Positions 1 to 10,545 of a DNA stretch of 64,000 bases are shown piece by piece (positions within the stretch are counted from its first letter, which is position 1; each line of letters starts with the position of its first letter). The notes beneath the pieces were generated by a model that saw nothing but the letters and a program-made list of their open reading frames with translations, was not told where the DNA came from and searched no databases. The translations under genes and the position numbers were made by a program. This stretch comes from Octopus bimaculoides (taxonomy: Eukaryota): the NCBI RefSeq assembly GCF_001194135.2, contig NC_068982.1:39568919-39632918 (forward strand), given 5' to 3'.

Positions 1-14
1 AATAAAACTACTGA

Positions 15-25
15 ACAACAACAAC

Positions 26-96
<71 letters not shown>

Positions 97-101
97 TAAT
101 A
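15..101. repeat. (AAC)n/(AAT)n microsatellite
   Basis: Directly visible triplet run. Confidence 0.97.
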
Positions 102-660
102 AATGCCCTGATGCAGTACCAGGGAGTGGCTCTCATGGCTTTTGATCTTAACCAATTTGAAGTGTTATCATGTACATTGTTTTGTCTTGGTATAAAAGAT
201 AAGCTACAGAAAATATTCTGCTCAATACCACAGATTTACTTGTCAGTTGTTTGACCTTAACTAGTTGAGCACGTCCCTTAGTTGCTGCCGATATGTGCAT
301 CTCTGATTACGAGTAGAAGTAGTGTGGGAGCATCATAGCCTTGTGTTAAGAGGAATTCTTCGGGGTTTGAAAAATTCACCCCTGGAAACACGGGTGTTTT
401 GTTCACCATCCTTAAAACAAACCTTTTTCTGGGACGTCTTCAGTAGGATGGGCTACTCCACGTGAAGAAAATTCTAACTGGGCACCACCTGCAAGGTTAT
501 GTGCTGTTTATCTCGATATGAGATGATCGTGTTACGCACATATGGCTGTGATGCATGTGCCTGGTGTACCCTTATCAGACTGGTAGTCATGATGGGTATA
601 TTAAGCTTCGTATATTTGTACCCCAGTGTTACTTTGATGTCATGCGCTGCTCTCACTCAG
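102..660 (-). mobile_element. Unclassified ~560-bp non-coding repeat-like element with (ATT)n tail
   Basis: Complex, higher-GC block sharply bounded by triplet microsatellites on both sides. No credible ORF. Orientation inferred from the (ATT)n run at its left end. Single copy in the window. Confidence 0.45.
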
Positions 661-737
661 TAATGATGTTGATGATGATGATGATGATGATGACGACAAC
701 AACAACAACAATAATAATAATTATAATAATTATGATA
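661..737. repeat. Compound (GAT)n(AAC)n(AAT)n microsatellite
   Basis: Directly visible. Confidence 0.95.
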
Positions 738-744
738 ATAGAAT

Positions 745-1714
745 TAACAATATAATACCTACCGAAAATGTGATGCACCCACAAACACTTAAGAGACAAG
801 ATGAAGAAGAAAGAGTAAACAACTGGAAAATGAAAGGGTAATACTTCAGAGAAATTGAAGGAAAAAACAAGATCAACACTTGGCGATGGCTAAGAAAAAA
901 TGATATGAAAGGATGCACTGAGTCATTGATATGCAGCGCCCAGGAAAAACTCTGAGAACTAATTACACCAAGTTCCAAATTTATAAGAGTGGAGAATCAC
1001 CCCTTTGTAGGATGTGTGGCAGCAGAAACGAAACAATCTCACATATTGTGAGTGAGTGCAGCAAGCTACCCCAAAAACACTACAAAAAGAGGAACGATAA
1101 CGAGGCTAAGTTCGTACACTGGAGGTTGTGAAAAGCATAGCCTGAACAGAGCAAGGAAACGGTACGAACATGAACCAGATGGATTCACCGAGAACAAGGA
1201 ACATAAGATACTGTGGGATTTTACAATCCAATGTGACTCCCTAATGAAGGCTCGGAGATAAAATGTTGTGGTAGATAAGGGAAAAAAGGAAACCAAGATC
1301 ATAGATATTGCAATATCTGGAGATGCACGCATAAGTGACAAAGAAGTAGAAAATAATGAAAAGTACAGATTACTAAAAGACGAAATTGCAAGAATGCTGA
1401 CTATGGAGAGAGTGTCAGTCATTTCAGTAGTTGTAGGGGCACTCGGAGCACTAACAACCAAGTTCAAGAAATATGTCAAAGAAATCGGATTGAACATGAG
1501 AGCACAGCAAGCCCCAAAAACTGCTCTGCTGGGGACAGCTAGGATTTTGAGATTTGTACTTGGATGTTGAATATCTCCCACGATAATTAACAACCAAGTA
1601 TCAATGCTTGTAATGTGCAGAAAGAGAATTTGTGAGACCTCTGACAACAGGCTGCTGTCCGCTCTCACAGAATCTACCAGAATAAACAATACCGAGCGTT
1701 CTGAGAAGTGAAAC
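745..1714 (+). mobile_element. 5'-truncated R4/Dong-type non-LTR retrotransposon (CCHC knuckle + restriction-like endonuclease), decayed; 'Dong-A'
   Basis: Stitched translation: ...SLICSAQEKTLRTNY...CRMCGSRNETISHIVSEC...FVHWRL/CEKH...ILWDFTIQCD...RR*NVVVVDK...IIDIAISGD...NEKYRLL...VVVGALG...ALLGTARILRFVLGC* (stop at 1570). Internal stops, a frameshift near 1130, and the RPD motif is destroyed. A 3' UTR runs into a microsatellite. Confidence 0.92.
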
Positions 1715-1750
1715 AATAATAATGATGATGACGACGACGACGACGACGAC

Positions 1751-1801
<51 letters not shown>

Positions 1802-1803
1802 AA
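1715..1803. repeat. Compound (AAT)(GAC)n(GAT)n microsatellite
   Basis: Directly visible. Confidence 0.96.
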
Positions 1804-2010
1804 TGGGACTTTGGGAACAGTATCATAATATATTAAGGGAAACAAAGAAAATGAGAATGTCCAGTAGAGCTTTTGCAAAAAGTTTGCCTTCTTGCCACAG
1901 CCAGAAGATAATTCGAGAAGATAGTTCAAGAAAAGAAATAGCATGGTACCGTAGGCTGCAGGTAGCAAGCCTGCTACTTATGGAAGATTGCAGGACTGAG
2001 TTAAATGAAT
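1804..2010 (+). mobile_element. Short 3'-end fragment of a second R4/Dong-type family ('Dong-B', copy 1)
   Basis: GTLGTVS...LQKVCLLATAR matches the terminal RLE motifs. The 3' UTR GCATGGTACCGTAGGCTGCAGGTAGCAAGCCTGCTAC is shared with 21618-21848 and 28732-28846. Confidence 0.8.
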
Positions 2011-2019
2011 GATAATAAT

Positions 2020-2228
2020 CCTTCCTACCATTAATAAGAACAAGGTCTGAAATTTTGTTGGGGAGGAAATCAGTCGATTACATCGAGCCCAGTAATTGAC
2101 AGACGATTATTTAGACGATCCCGAAGGATGAAAAAGAAAGTCGACCTCGAAGGAATTTTGAACTGAAGCACGTAAACACGAAGTGCTACTGAGGGTTTTG
2201 CTCAGATCGGAAACGATCCTGCCAGCCT
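2020..2228 (-). mobile_element. tRNA-headed SINE family A, decayed
   Basis: Matches the SINE-A consensus (GTCGATTACATCGA-CCCAGT...GAAGGATGAAA...GTCGACCTC...TTTGAACT on +) and has an (ATT)n tail. Confidence 0.85.
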
Positions 2229-2454
2229 TCTTTCTACAATAGGTACAAGGCCTGAAATTTGAGGTAAAAGTGCTAACCATTTACATCGACCCCATTTATC
2301 GACCCCAGTATTTGACTGGCACTTATTTAATCGATCCGGAAGGATGAAAGGTAAAGTCGAGTTCGGCGGAATTTTGAACTTAGAACATAAAACCTCCGAA
2401 GAAATACTTAAAACACGTTTTCAACGTTCTGACGATTTTGCTACTTCGCCGCCT
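2229..2454 (-). mobile_element. SINE family A (tandem second copy)
   Basis: Same consensus; the head ends in CTTCGCCGCCT on +. Confidence 0.88.
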
Positions 2455-2899
2455 AATTTAATTCAAACAGAGACACCAGCGTGAACTTTATGGAGATGGC
2501 GTACATTCTATTTAACCGCTCCCATTTCCTGACTGGAATTTTAACGTACTCGCATGAATGAATTGCAATATCATCCACAGGACATTTAAACCCAAGCGTT
2601 AAGTGCTAAAATCTGCTAGGTATTAATAATAACAGTTGTTAGAAGTAATTTCAAAGTTGAGCACTATTCAGGAGATGTGAAAGTACTGTAAAGAATTACC
2701 TGTTGGGTGTGTTCTATATATATGAAGAGTTGTGTTAAAATCTGTCGCACATATAAAGTATTAGGATACGTGTCAGCCTTTGATAACCCGGTTACTAACA
2801 AAATAATAAACAAATGGACAATGTAGTTTTAAGTGGAGATATCCTAATAGGGTAAGAGGTACAAATGAGGACATGCGACGAAGTAGATGAGAAAATCTC

Positions 2900-3170
2900 A
2901 GATAATTAGTCTTGCTCCTTCTTAAGTTAGTAAAGAGAGAATGTTTAGTGATAATGAACTTTGCGTATTTTCTCAGACAGATGAGATCGAAGCGGCTGAT
3001 GCCCAAATTAAACATTTATAGGTCAATGTCCGGCATAAACATTGTAGGCGTGGAGAAAACAGGAGAAGGAGGAGGATCCACTGGCTTAAATGTATACAGT
3101 AGAATGAAGTCCAGAGTGGACTGATGAATCAAATGATATTTAGCCTCGAAACGCGTTAACCGTGATGTGG
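2900..3170 (+). mobile_element. Possible decayed Penelope-like element 3' end carrying a hammerhead-like core
   Basis: Weak LC...RHK-like translation upstream, then CTGATGA (3121-3127) and CGAAACGCGT (3147-3156). Confidence 0.35.
3115..3160 (+). ncRNA. Hammerhead ribozyme-like motif (relic)
   Basis: CUGAUGA, then AAAU-GAU-AUUU in the stem II position, then GAAAC with palindromic ACGCGU. Helix I pairing is not canonical. Confidence 0.4.
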
Positions 3171-3632
3171 GTTCGCATATCCTCTAAACTGAACTAATGT
3201 CACTCGATTGTGCTTAAAATTTAGTGATAATCTATGGGCTGGGAGTAGTAAAAATATGAAATATCAGTGCTTTATAATATGATGGTGAGAATATTATCGG
3301 TTCAGGAACGATGACTGACCTTAGAGAAAGCGAAGTCAATCCAAGGGCTGCAAACAAGAATATATTCTTGGATAATTTTAAGGACTAAAGATCCCTATTT
3401 CTCACACGTTGAATCAATTAATATGTTGCATATTTTAAACTATTTAGAATGCTAAAAGACTGATCCATCAAATTTTTTGTGGCATAGCTTCAGCATTTCT
3501 TACAAGCTTACAAGAACATGTAAATAACTGAGACAAAGCAAAACATAAATTAGCAGGGCCCACGAGTATGAAACAAACTACCTGTTCTTATCACCTCTTC
3601 ATTGAAAAGACAAGAACTGCCTCATAAACAAG

Positions 3633-3635
<3 letters not shown>

Positions 3636-3669
<34 letters not shown>

Positions 3670-3857
3670 GGTCTCTCTCTGTTGGTCTCTCTCTGTTGGT
3701 CTCTCTCTGTTGGTCTCTCTCTGTTGGTCTCTCTCTNNNNNNNNNNNNNNNNNNNNNNNNNNNNNNNNNNNNNNNNNNNNNNNNNNNNNNNNNNNNNNNN
3801 NNNNNNNNNNNNNNNNNNNNNNNNNNNNNNNNNNNNNNNNNNNNNNNNNNNNNNNNN

Positions 3858-3920
<63 letters not shown>
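3636..3920. repeat. (CT)n tract containing a 14-bp minisatellite (CTCTCTCTGTTGGT)x5 and an assembly gap
   Basis: GTTGGT at 3667, 3681, 3695, 3709 and 3723. N-run at 3737-3857. Confidence 0.95.
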
Positions 3921-3924
<4 letters not shown>

Positions 3925-4098
3925 TTGTGTCAGCTTTCGTCCCCCACCTTGACAACCGGTAATTTAGCGGTTCGGAGAAAGAGTCAAAGAATAAATATCA
4001 GGCTTTCAAAAATAATTACTGGGGTTCAATTAAAATTCTTCGAGGTGGTGACCCAGCATGGCCGCAGTCTAACGACTGAAACAAGTAAGAGATAAGAG
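3921..4098 (+). mobile_element. SINE family B, 3' half
   Basis: TTGACAACCGG...TAGCGGTTCGG...CCAGCATGGCCGCAGTC...GACTGAAACAAGTAAGAG is the reverse complement of the left part of the copy at 58817-59266. Confidence 0.85.
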
Positions 4099-5279
4099 AA
4101 GATAGTTGTCTGATGTGTTAAAAGTTTGAATCACAAAATTACAATATGGACTGTTATACTTTATTACTTATAAATGCAGGCATCATGGAATATAAAGAAC
4201 TAACTGGGTAGCAGCTCACAGTTAAACTGTTAAACTGAGAAACAGTCCTGGTAACTCGGTCAGCCTATCTCACCTACTTTGAATAGAGAGGAAAAAAAAA
4301 CAGCAGCTGCTTTGCTTCGTTGAATTCAGGTCTATCGTGTAAATAAGCTTTAGTTTCCCTAATTTAAAGATAATCACTCACGTGTGCTAACTTAAAAGAT
4401 AGCTATAACAAAACAACGTGCGTAAAAAGAGCAAGAAACTAGCCTTAACAACCAATAGATATATAGTTGGTAAGGCGATGAAAAAAAGAGCATGTAATAA
4501 TGACAAATTAATATGTACTGAGAATTTCAGATTTAGTCAGAAAATATTCCTTAAATTATAATATTTGTGCAAGAAAGCGACCACAAATATCCTATGCATT
4601 TGTAACTAATTATGAATGNNNNNNNNNNCAAAAAAAAAAAAAATGAAAGAAAGAAAAGGAAAAGATTACTTCAGCAAGCAATATTGTACATAATGCGCAG
4701 ATGGATAAATTTTACGTTGATATTAGAATCAGACAGGTAGTTTTCACTTTCTTTCTAAGTGATACAGAATATGGCTTAGTTTATTTTCTAAATTTTATCT
4801 AGTTATTAAGAAAAAATCTGTTGATTAAATAATTATATGTATCTCAATTAGTAGACATACGGCTGGTTCAGTATTATAAGCGTTAGTTTTTATCAACCAA
4901 CGCAGACTACTTGAACACAGTCGTAATGGTTATGAAGTAAAATGTCTTAGGTTGGACTAGGTGACCCGCGCTAAAATCACGCAAGTCTGTATAAACTATT
5001 TCAGTCTAAGAAATTCGAAAGAAATTTGAATCTGTTAATCTATTGAATTATAGACGTTTACTTATCAGTCTGTAATCTAAAGCCACATAAATAACTACCG
5101 ATATTATAATGTAAAATACTATTTCAATAAAGGAAACCTCCAGAAAGAGGTTGTCACCTCAAAATATAATTAAAGTGATAGAGAGGATTAACTCTGTTCA
5201 TAGAAATAGAGAAATTGTGGATATTTTCAGTTATATGAAATATTAAAAATTAATAATTACAAATTGAATAAGAAGAAAA

Positions 5280-7300
5280 AAAAAGTAAATGAAACAGAGC
5301 AATAAAAATCCCAACAGTCTCCGCCCGATGCTAGTCATGCGAGTATTAGCTGCACTACAGCTGAAGCAAATAGCTTGCAGTTGCATCTGGCAACTCGTTC
5401 GCTACTACATATGTTCTACCGATATGCGCTGCAGCTGTTCCATTCTGAAACCAAATTTGTTTGAGTAAAAAAAAAAAAAAGAACAAAAAAAGGAAAGGAA
5501 AAGGTAATAGAGAAAAATAACACTTGAAAACTATTCACTTTCTGGTACTTTGGTTCGTTCGAAGTAATTCATCCGTGAAATTAAACAACAGAATCTAGTT
5601 ATTCCTGGACACTGTTTGGCGAAATGTTTAATTAAATTTTATTTTTGATTAAATGAAATTTATATTTTTGGCAACGTTTCTTATTTAAAAGTACTTTAGA
5701 CATTTGCGTAAGATGTATAGATATACTAACAGGTTGCTTTTGCTCTGCATCACAGCGATATTCTATAGCTATGTAGTTAACTTGTATACATAGTCAGATG
5801 CAAGTATTTAACGACTGGTAAAACAAAGTGTATGCTTTGTTTGAAATCAGCTTTAGTGCATCTCGATGCTGATTGGTGTAGAATACCGGGTTTTGCTCAA
5901 CACGTGGTCGTTATGTGACAATTTAACGAACAGCATGTAGTTTGCTAGCTTAAACTTCTCCCATGCTTTCACTCTTTCTGTCTTTCCATAATTGGGTTTG
6001 TTTTAAACTCATGCCGTGTGTGAGTTCCACTAAGTCTTCGGCGTAACTGCGTTTCTCTACTAAGCGGAGCATTAGTTATGCAGCGGTGCAACAGAAACCG
6101 ACAAACGCACACACAAACACACGCCCATATATGTAAATATATAAAAATAAACACTGTAAATAGTTCAGTGAAAAGGATTCGTTATCGACAGCGAAATTAA
6201 ATTTATAGTGAAAAGCGCGGAGCGTAAAAGGATCTTTATAGCAGTTCCAAACACAGACATACCAAAACAACAGCAACGACAACAATAATTACAAACAGGA
6301 AACAAACAAAGGAATTTTTTTTTAAAGTATCTTTTTTGATTAACGCGTTCCCAGGAAAAATAATATTACAAAAATAATTTAAAAAAAAAATTAAGAAACG
6401 AAGCTATCAATATTAATTTATTCGTGTGATGCAGCTTCGCGCATCGCATAAGATGAATATTTTTGTATTTCAGTAGGTGCACTGGATGATGTAAAGTTTT
6501 TACTGCAATGACAAGTGACTGTTGATATATGTAGCAGCTACATTTTAATATATACTTCAGATGAAATAACATTAACTCTCACTCTAAATGTAATGTAAAG
6601 TTATTCATTTTTTCCCGTTCTGATTTCCAATCACAAACTTACCATATACAAACGCACAAATACATACATATATACTAAATATTATATACACACATAGACA
6701 CACATATACATGCATACACACACACACACTTACATTCAACAGTTTCTATTTCTGCAAATGCAACTTTTAAAGCGAACAGCTTGAGAAGACAGGGGTTGCA
6801 GAATAACAAATGGAGCGAATTATCTTATAAAAATTCTCAAACTGCACTGTAAAAATTAATTTCCTTAGATTTTCTTTTCTCAGTCTTTTCAACCGTAAAG
6901 ATTAACTGAAAATTGATTTACTTCAGGAATTTCCCTTTGTAATTTTCAGGAATAATACGCGCACACACATACACACACGCTTTCTCACTCGCACAATCAA
7001 AACGGCATAAGCTCACACAACACACATACACGTACACACACGCGCGCACACACACTCGCAAAAGCATATATATACACAAAGACAAATACGTAATAAGAAG
7101 GAAATTAAAACTAATTTTTTTTGTTTGTTAGCGTCTCGTTAATCTGCTCTTATTTATTGTTTCCTTAAATGAATGAAACAAACCGGTTATAAGTTCTAAT
7201 TATAAGATATAGCGCAGAATATCCTGCATTTCCGTCTATTTAAGGATTCATGATCGGCTTAGTGATATTTTCTTATTTTATATTTAAATTTCCTGATCGC
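5280..7300 (+). promoter_or_regulatory. Candidate promoter / 5'-UTR region of the host gene
   Basis: No recognisable TE, locally more CpG, a CCGCCC box and CAGCTG E-boxes at ~5300-5440, and a pyrimidine-rich acceptor ending at AG 7301-7302, all upstream of the candidate exon. Circumstantial only. Confidence 0.25.
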
Positions 7301-8203
7301 AGATTCAAAATTCGCAATGTCTGTCATAAAGTGAAGAAATGCGGGAAGTATTACTAGACGTCAATAAATACTTCTCGGGATACTACCTAAGAAGCTGCAC
7401 TTTGTAGTTCCATCCACTTGTTGCTAATCTATACGCAGTGAATAGACATATATATANNNNNNNNNNNNNNNNNNNNNNNNNNNNNNNNNNNNNNNNNNNN
7501 NNNNNNNNNNNNNNNNNNNNNNNNNNNNNNNNNNNNNNNNNNNNNNNNNNNNNNNNNNNNNNNNNNNNNNNNNNNNNNNNNNNNNNNNNNNNNNNNNNNN
7601 NNNNNNNNNNNNNNNNNNNNNNNNNNNNNNNNNNNNNNNNNNNNNNNNNNNNNNNNNNNNNNNNNNNNNNNNNNNNNNNNNNNNNNNNNNNNNNNNNNNN
7701 NNNNNNNNNNNNNNNNNNNNNNNNNNNNNNNNNNNNNNNNNNNNNNNNNNNNNNNNNNNNNNNNNNNNNNNNNNNNNNNNNNNNNNNNNNNNNNNNNNNN
7801 NNNNNNNNNNNNNNNNNNNNNNNNNNNNNNNNNNNNNNNNNNNNNNNNNNNNNNNNNNNNNNNNNNNNNNNNNNNNNNNNNNNNNNNNNNNNNNNNNNNN
7901 NNNNNNNNNNNNNNNNNNNNNNNNNNNNNNNNNNNNNNNNNNNNNNNNNNNNNNNNNNNNNNNNNNNNNNNNNNNNNNNNNNNNNNNNNNNNNNNNNNNN
8001 NNNNNNNNNNNNNNNNNNNNNNNNNNNNNNNNNNNNNNNNNNNNNNNNNNNNNNNNNNNNNNNNNNNNNNNNNNNNNNNNNAGTCAACGAATTAGACGGA
8101 AGAAAGTTTCATAGTTCAATATATTTAAACATTTGCAAACGAAGGGAGAGTGAGATAGAGGGAAAGAGAGAGAGAGAGAGAGAGAGAGCGGGAGAGGGGA
8201 AAA

Positions 8204-8400
8204 ATGGATAAACTACGAGAGAAATTACAACTTCCAAAAACTCAATCCTGTCATGAAGTTGGGAGTTTAAATGATTTCGTCCGGGATTCTATGTACCTTG
8301 CCTGGCCCGTTGCAAGCATCGCGGCCGATGGACGTCGCAGTCCAAGGCGACTGCTACCCCGACAACAGGAAGCAATCGACGAGGAAGCGGAAGAAGACAG
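8204..8400 (+). CDS. Candidate first coding exon of an unidentified host gene (MDKLREKLQLPKTQSCHEVGSLNDFVRDSMYLAWPVASIAADGRRSPRRLLPRQQEAIDEEAEED...)
   Basis: AAAATGG start context after a (GA)n tract. Complex, GC-richer open frame. Ends at CAG|GTAAAC (donor at 8401, phase 2), followed by an abrupt switch to T-rich sequence. No TE motif. No downstream exon found. Confidence 0.55.
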
Positions 8401-9285
8401 GTAAACCGGATGTAATATATTTTCCCCCAATTTTCCATCTTGTTGACCTGTTTCCTGACTCACTTATTGTCGTTTTGTCAAATGTTTATTTTACCCTATA
8501 TTTCACCACTTTTTTTCTATCCTCTTTCTCATATTCTTCTATGGTGATATTTTGATGTTTTGATAAACACTTCACGATTTAGCATGCCAGTCACACCATG
8601 AGCACGCTTTCATGACCAACGCAAATTTAAATGCTTTTATATACATAAGCATTCGAGTATATGCATATTATATATACACATACATTCACACGCACACACA
8701 TATATTTATATACTCTTTTGATGATCCAAGTTTTGGACAGCATCTTTGCTGTGGCATTCTTCTCTGTGTTTACTTTATCATATTACCGCTATAACTTATT
8801 TCCGTGCGATAATTATTTTTCCAGGTCATTTCGTCAAATTTAAGCATTCAACGTAAATGCAAACTCCATTGCAATTAGTCTTACGCACACACACAAATGC
8901 ACACATCCAAACGCGCGCGCGCACACACACACACACACATACACCCAAACACACAGACAAGCGCTCACTCGCATGCACACACGCACACAGGCATGACGAA
9001 CCTTTTCAGAAGTTAACCCGGACTTATTGCAGAAGTCACTTGTTCAAAGTACCACGTAATGGAATGTACGCGGGACCACGTGACTACAAATGAAGCCTCT
9101 AAACCATACGACTATGCCAATAGAGACACATACGCACATACACTACGTGCGCACACACGTGCAAGCAGAGGCATAGCTCTTATACATAAACACACTGTAT
9201 ACATATACAGGCATATATACATACAAACATACGTACATACATACATACGTATTTATCTATTTATCAATCAATTTATCTATATATC

Positions 9286-9556
9286 GCGTGGCTTAGTGGT
9301 GATTTTTTTTTACGATCGCAAGGTCGTGGGTTCAATTCATAGCAGTGCGATTTGTCCTCGGGTAAGACCCTTTATTACATATAGTTTCAGTCCGCTCAGT
9401 TGCCAAAAATGAGTTGTATCTGTAATTTAAAGAGAACTACATCAAGGGCACGCGTATCTGTGGAGTGCACAGCCAGTTGATCGCTAATTTCACGAGCAGG
9501 ATTTCCGTTGATCGGATGAACCAGCACACACATCGTCTTAAGTGGTGGATTGCCAT
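9286..9556 (+). mobile_element. tRNA-headed SINE family C
   Basis: A-box-like GTGGCTTAGTGGT and B-box-like GGGTTCAATTC, followed by a unique body ending at a (TA)/(CA)/(GA) microsatellite. Single copy in the window. Confidence 0.7.
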
Positions 9557-9594
9557 ATATGTGTGTATATATATACACACACACACACACACAT

Positions 9595-9680
<86 letters not shown>

Positions 9681-9716
9681 GAATATAAAGAGAAAGAGAG
9701 AAAGAGAGAGAGTGAG
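9557..9716. repeat. Compound (CA)n(TA)n(GA)n microsatellite
   Basis: Directly visible. Confidence 0.96.
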
Positions 9717-10309
9717 AGAAAATATAGGTCTCGTATGAAGTGCAAATAGATAAATGCTATTATATACAAATGGGTTAGACTGGAAAAACTTCTGGAGCAA
9801 AGGGCAACTTGTGCTGCGTGATTTATTTACCTGCTTTAACAATTTTGATTTTGAATGGTGCCGAGGGTAAGATTCAAATTCTGCGACCAACATCATTAGC
9901 TTTCATCACATTAAAACCAGTTACAGCAATGGGTTGCTGGAACCCGCATCTTCTGACAGTATGGGTGGGTTGGTGGTTGTCTTGACATACTACATGTATC
10001 GACTACTTTACATCTGCCAGGGGCCATGTCTTTCCCGAACTGAGCACATCCGACTTCTTCTAGAGAGAGAGGCGGGGTGGGAGTTTGAGTGTGAGAGAAA
10101 GAGATAGGGGGAAGAAAGAAAGAAAGAAGAACCGATTTAAGTACTTGAGTTATACTTTGATTATCACCTCTGAAAATATGATAGATAAAGATGAAGTCGG
10201 TGAAGTTTGACCTCAGTTCACAGAGAAATGGAACAAATACTGCAAAGCATAATATCCGACACACTGTTTAACCACTCAGCCAACTACCAGCAAATAGGTT
10301 ACAATAATA

Positions 10310-10545
10310 TTGATTTCAAATTTTGGCACGAGGCCAGCAATTTCGGGAGAGGGTGTAAGTCGATTACATCGAGCCCAGTGTTCAACTGGTATTTATGTCA
10401 ACGACATCGAAAGAATGAAAAGCAATGTCAGTACGTAAAGACGGTCGAAATGACGCTAAGTATTTAACTCGGCGTGCTAAAGATTCTACCAGCTCACCGC
10501 CTTTAAAGTTGACTCCAGCGGAATTTGAACTCAGAGCGCAGAAAG
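10310..10545 (-). mobile_element. SINE family A with internal deletion, plus adjacent head fragment
   Basis: Consensus match ending CTCACCGCCTT at 10503. The B-box segment (GCGGAATTTGAACTCAGA) missing from the main copy follows at 10518-10535. Confidence 0.82.

Noticed and set aside
1066-1968. 300-aa minus-strand ORF with poly-Ser, the longest gap-free ORF in the track
   Set aside because: It is the antisense reading of the Dong-A relic plus a microsatellite; the plus strand carries the real motifs.
3661-3736. Regularly spaced short direct repeats reminiscent of a CRISPR array
   Set aside because: No unique spacers, a 14-bp period, eukaryotic context and no cas genes.
7383-8211. Long ORFs full of X (also at 10.7-11.3, 43.8-44.6, 54.1-55.1, 56.1-56.8, 60.0-60.8 and 61.5-62.1 kb)
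   Set aside because: Artefacts of translating through N-gaps.
8271-8555. Alternative frame MDVAVQGDCYPDNRKQSTRKRKKT over the candidate exon
   Set aside because: Weaker start context than ATG 8204. It is not excluded, since it uses the same donor in phase 1, but it is less parsimonious.
9286-9360. tRNA-like A and B boxes here and in the SINE-A and SINE-B heads
   Set aside because: No complete cloverleaf; they continue into SINE bodies, so they are not tRNA genes.
9927-10110. Open stretch (SNGLLEPASSDSMGG...) in phase with the candidate first exon
   Set aside because: The acceptor lacks a polypyrimidine tract, the frame runs into GA-rich low complexity, and there is no recognisable homology.
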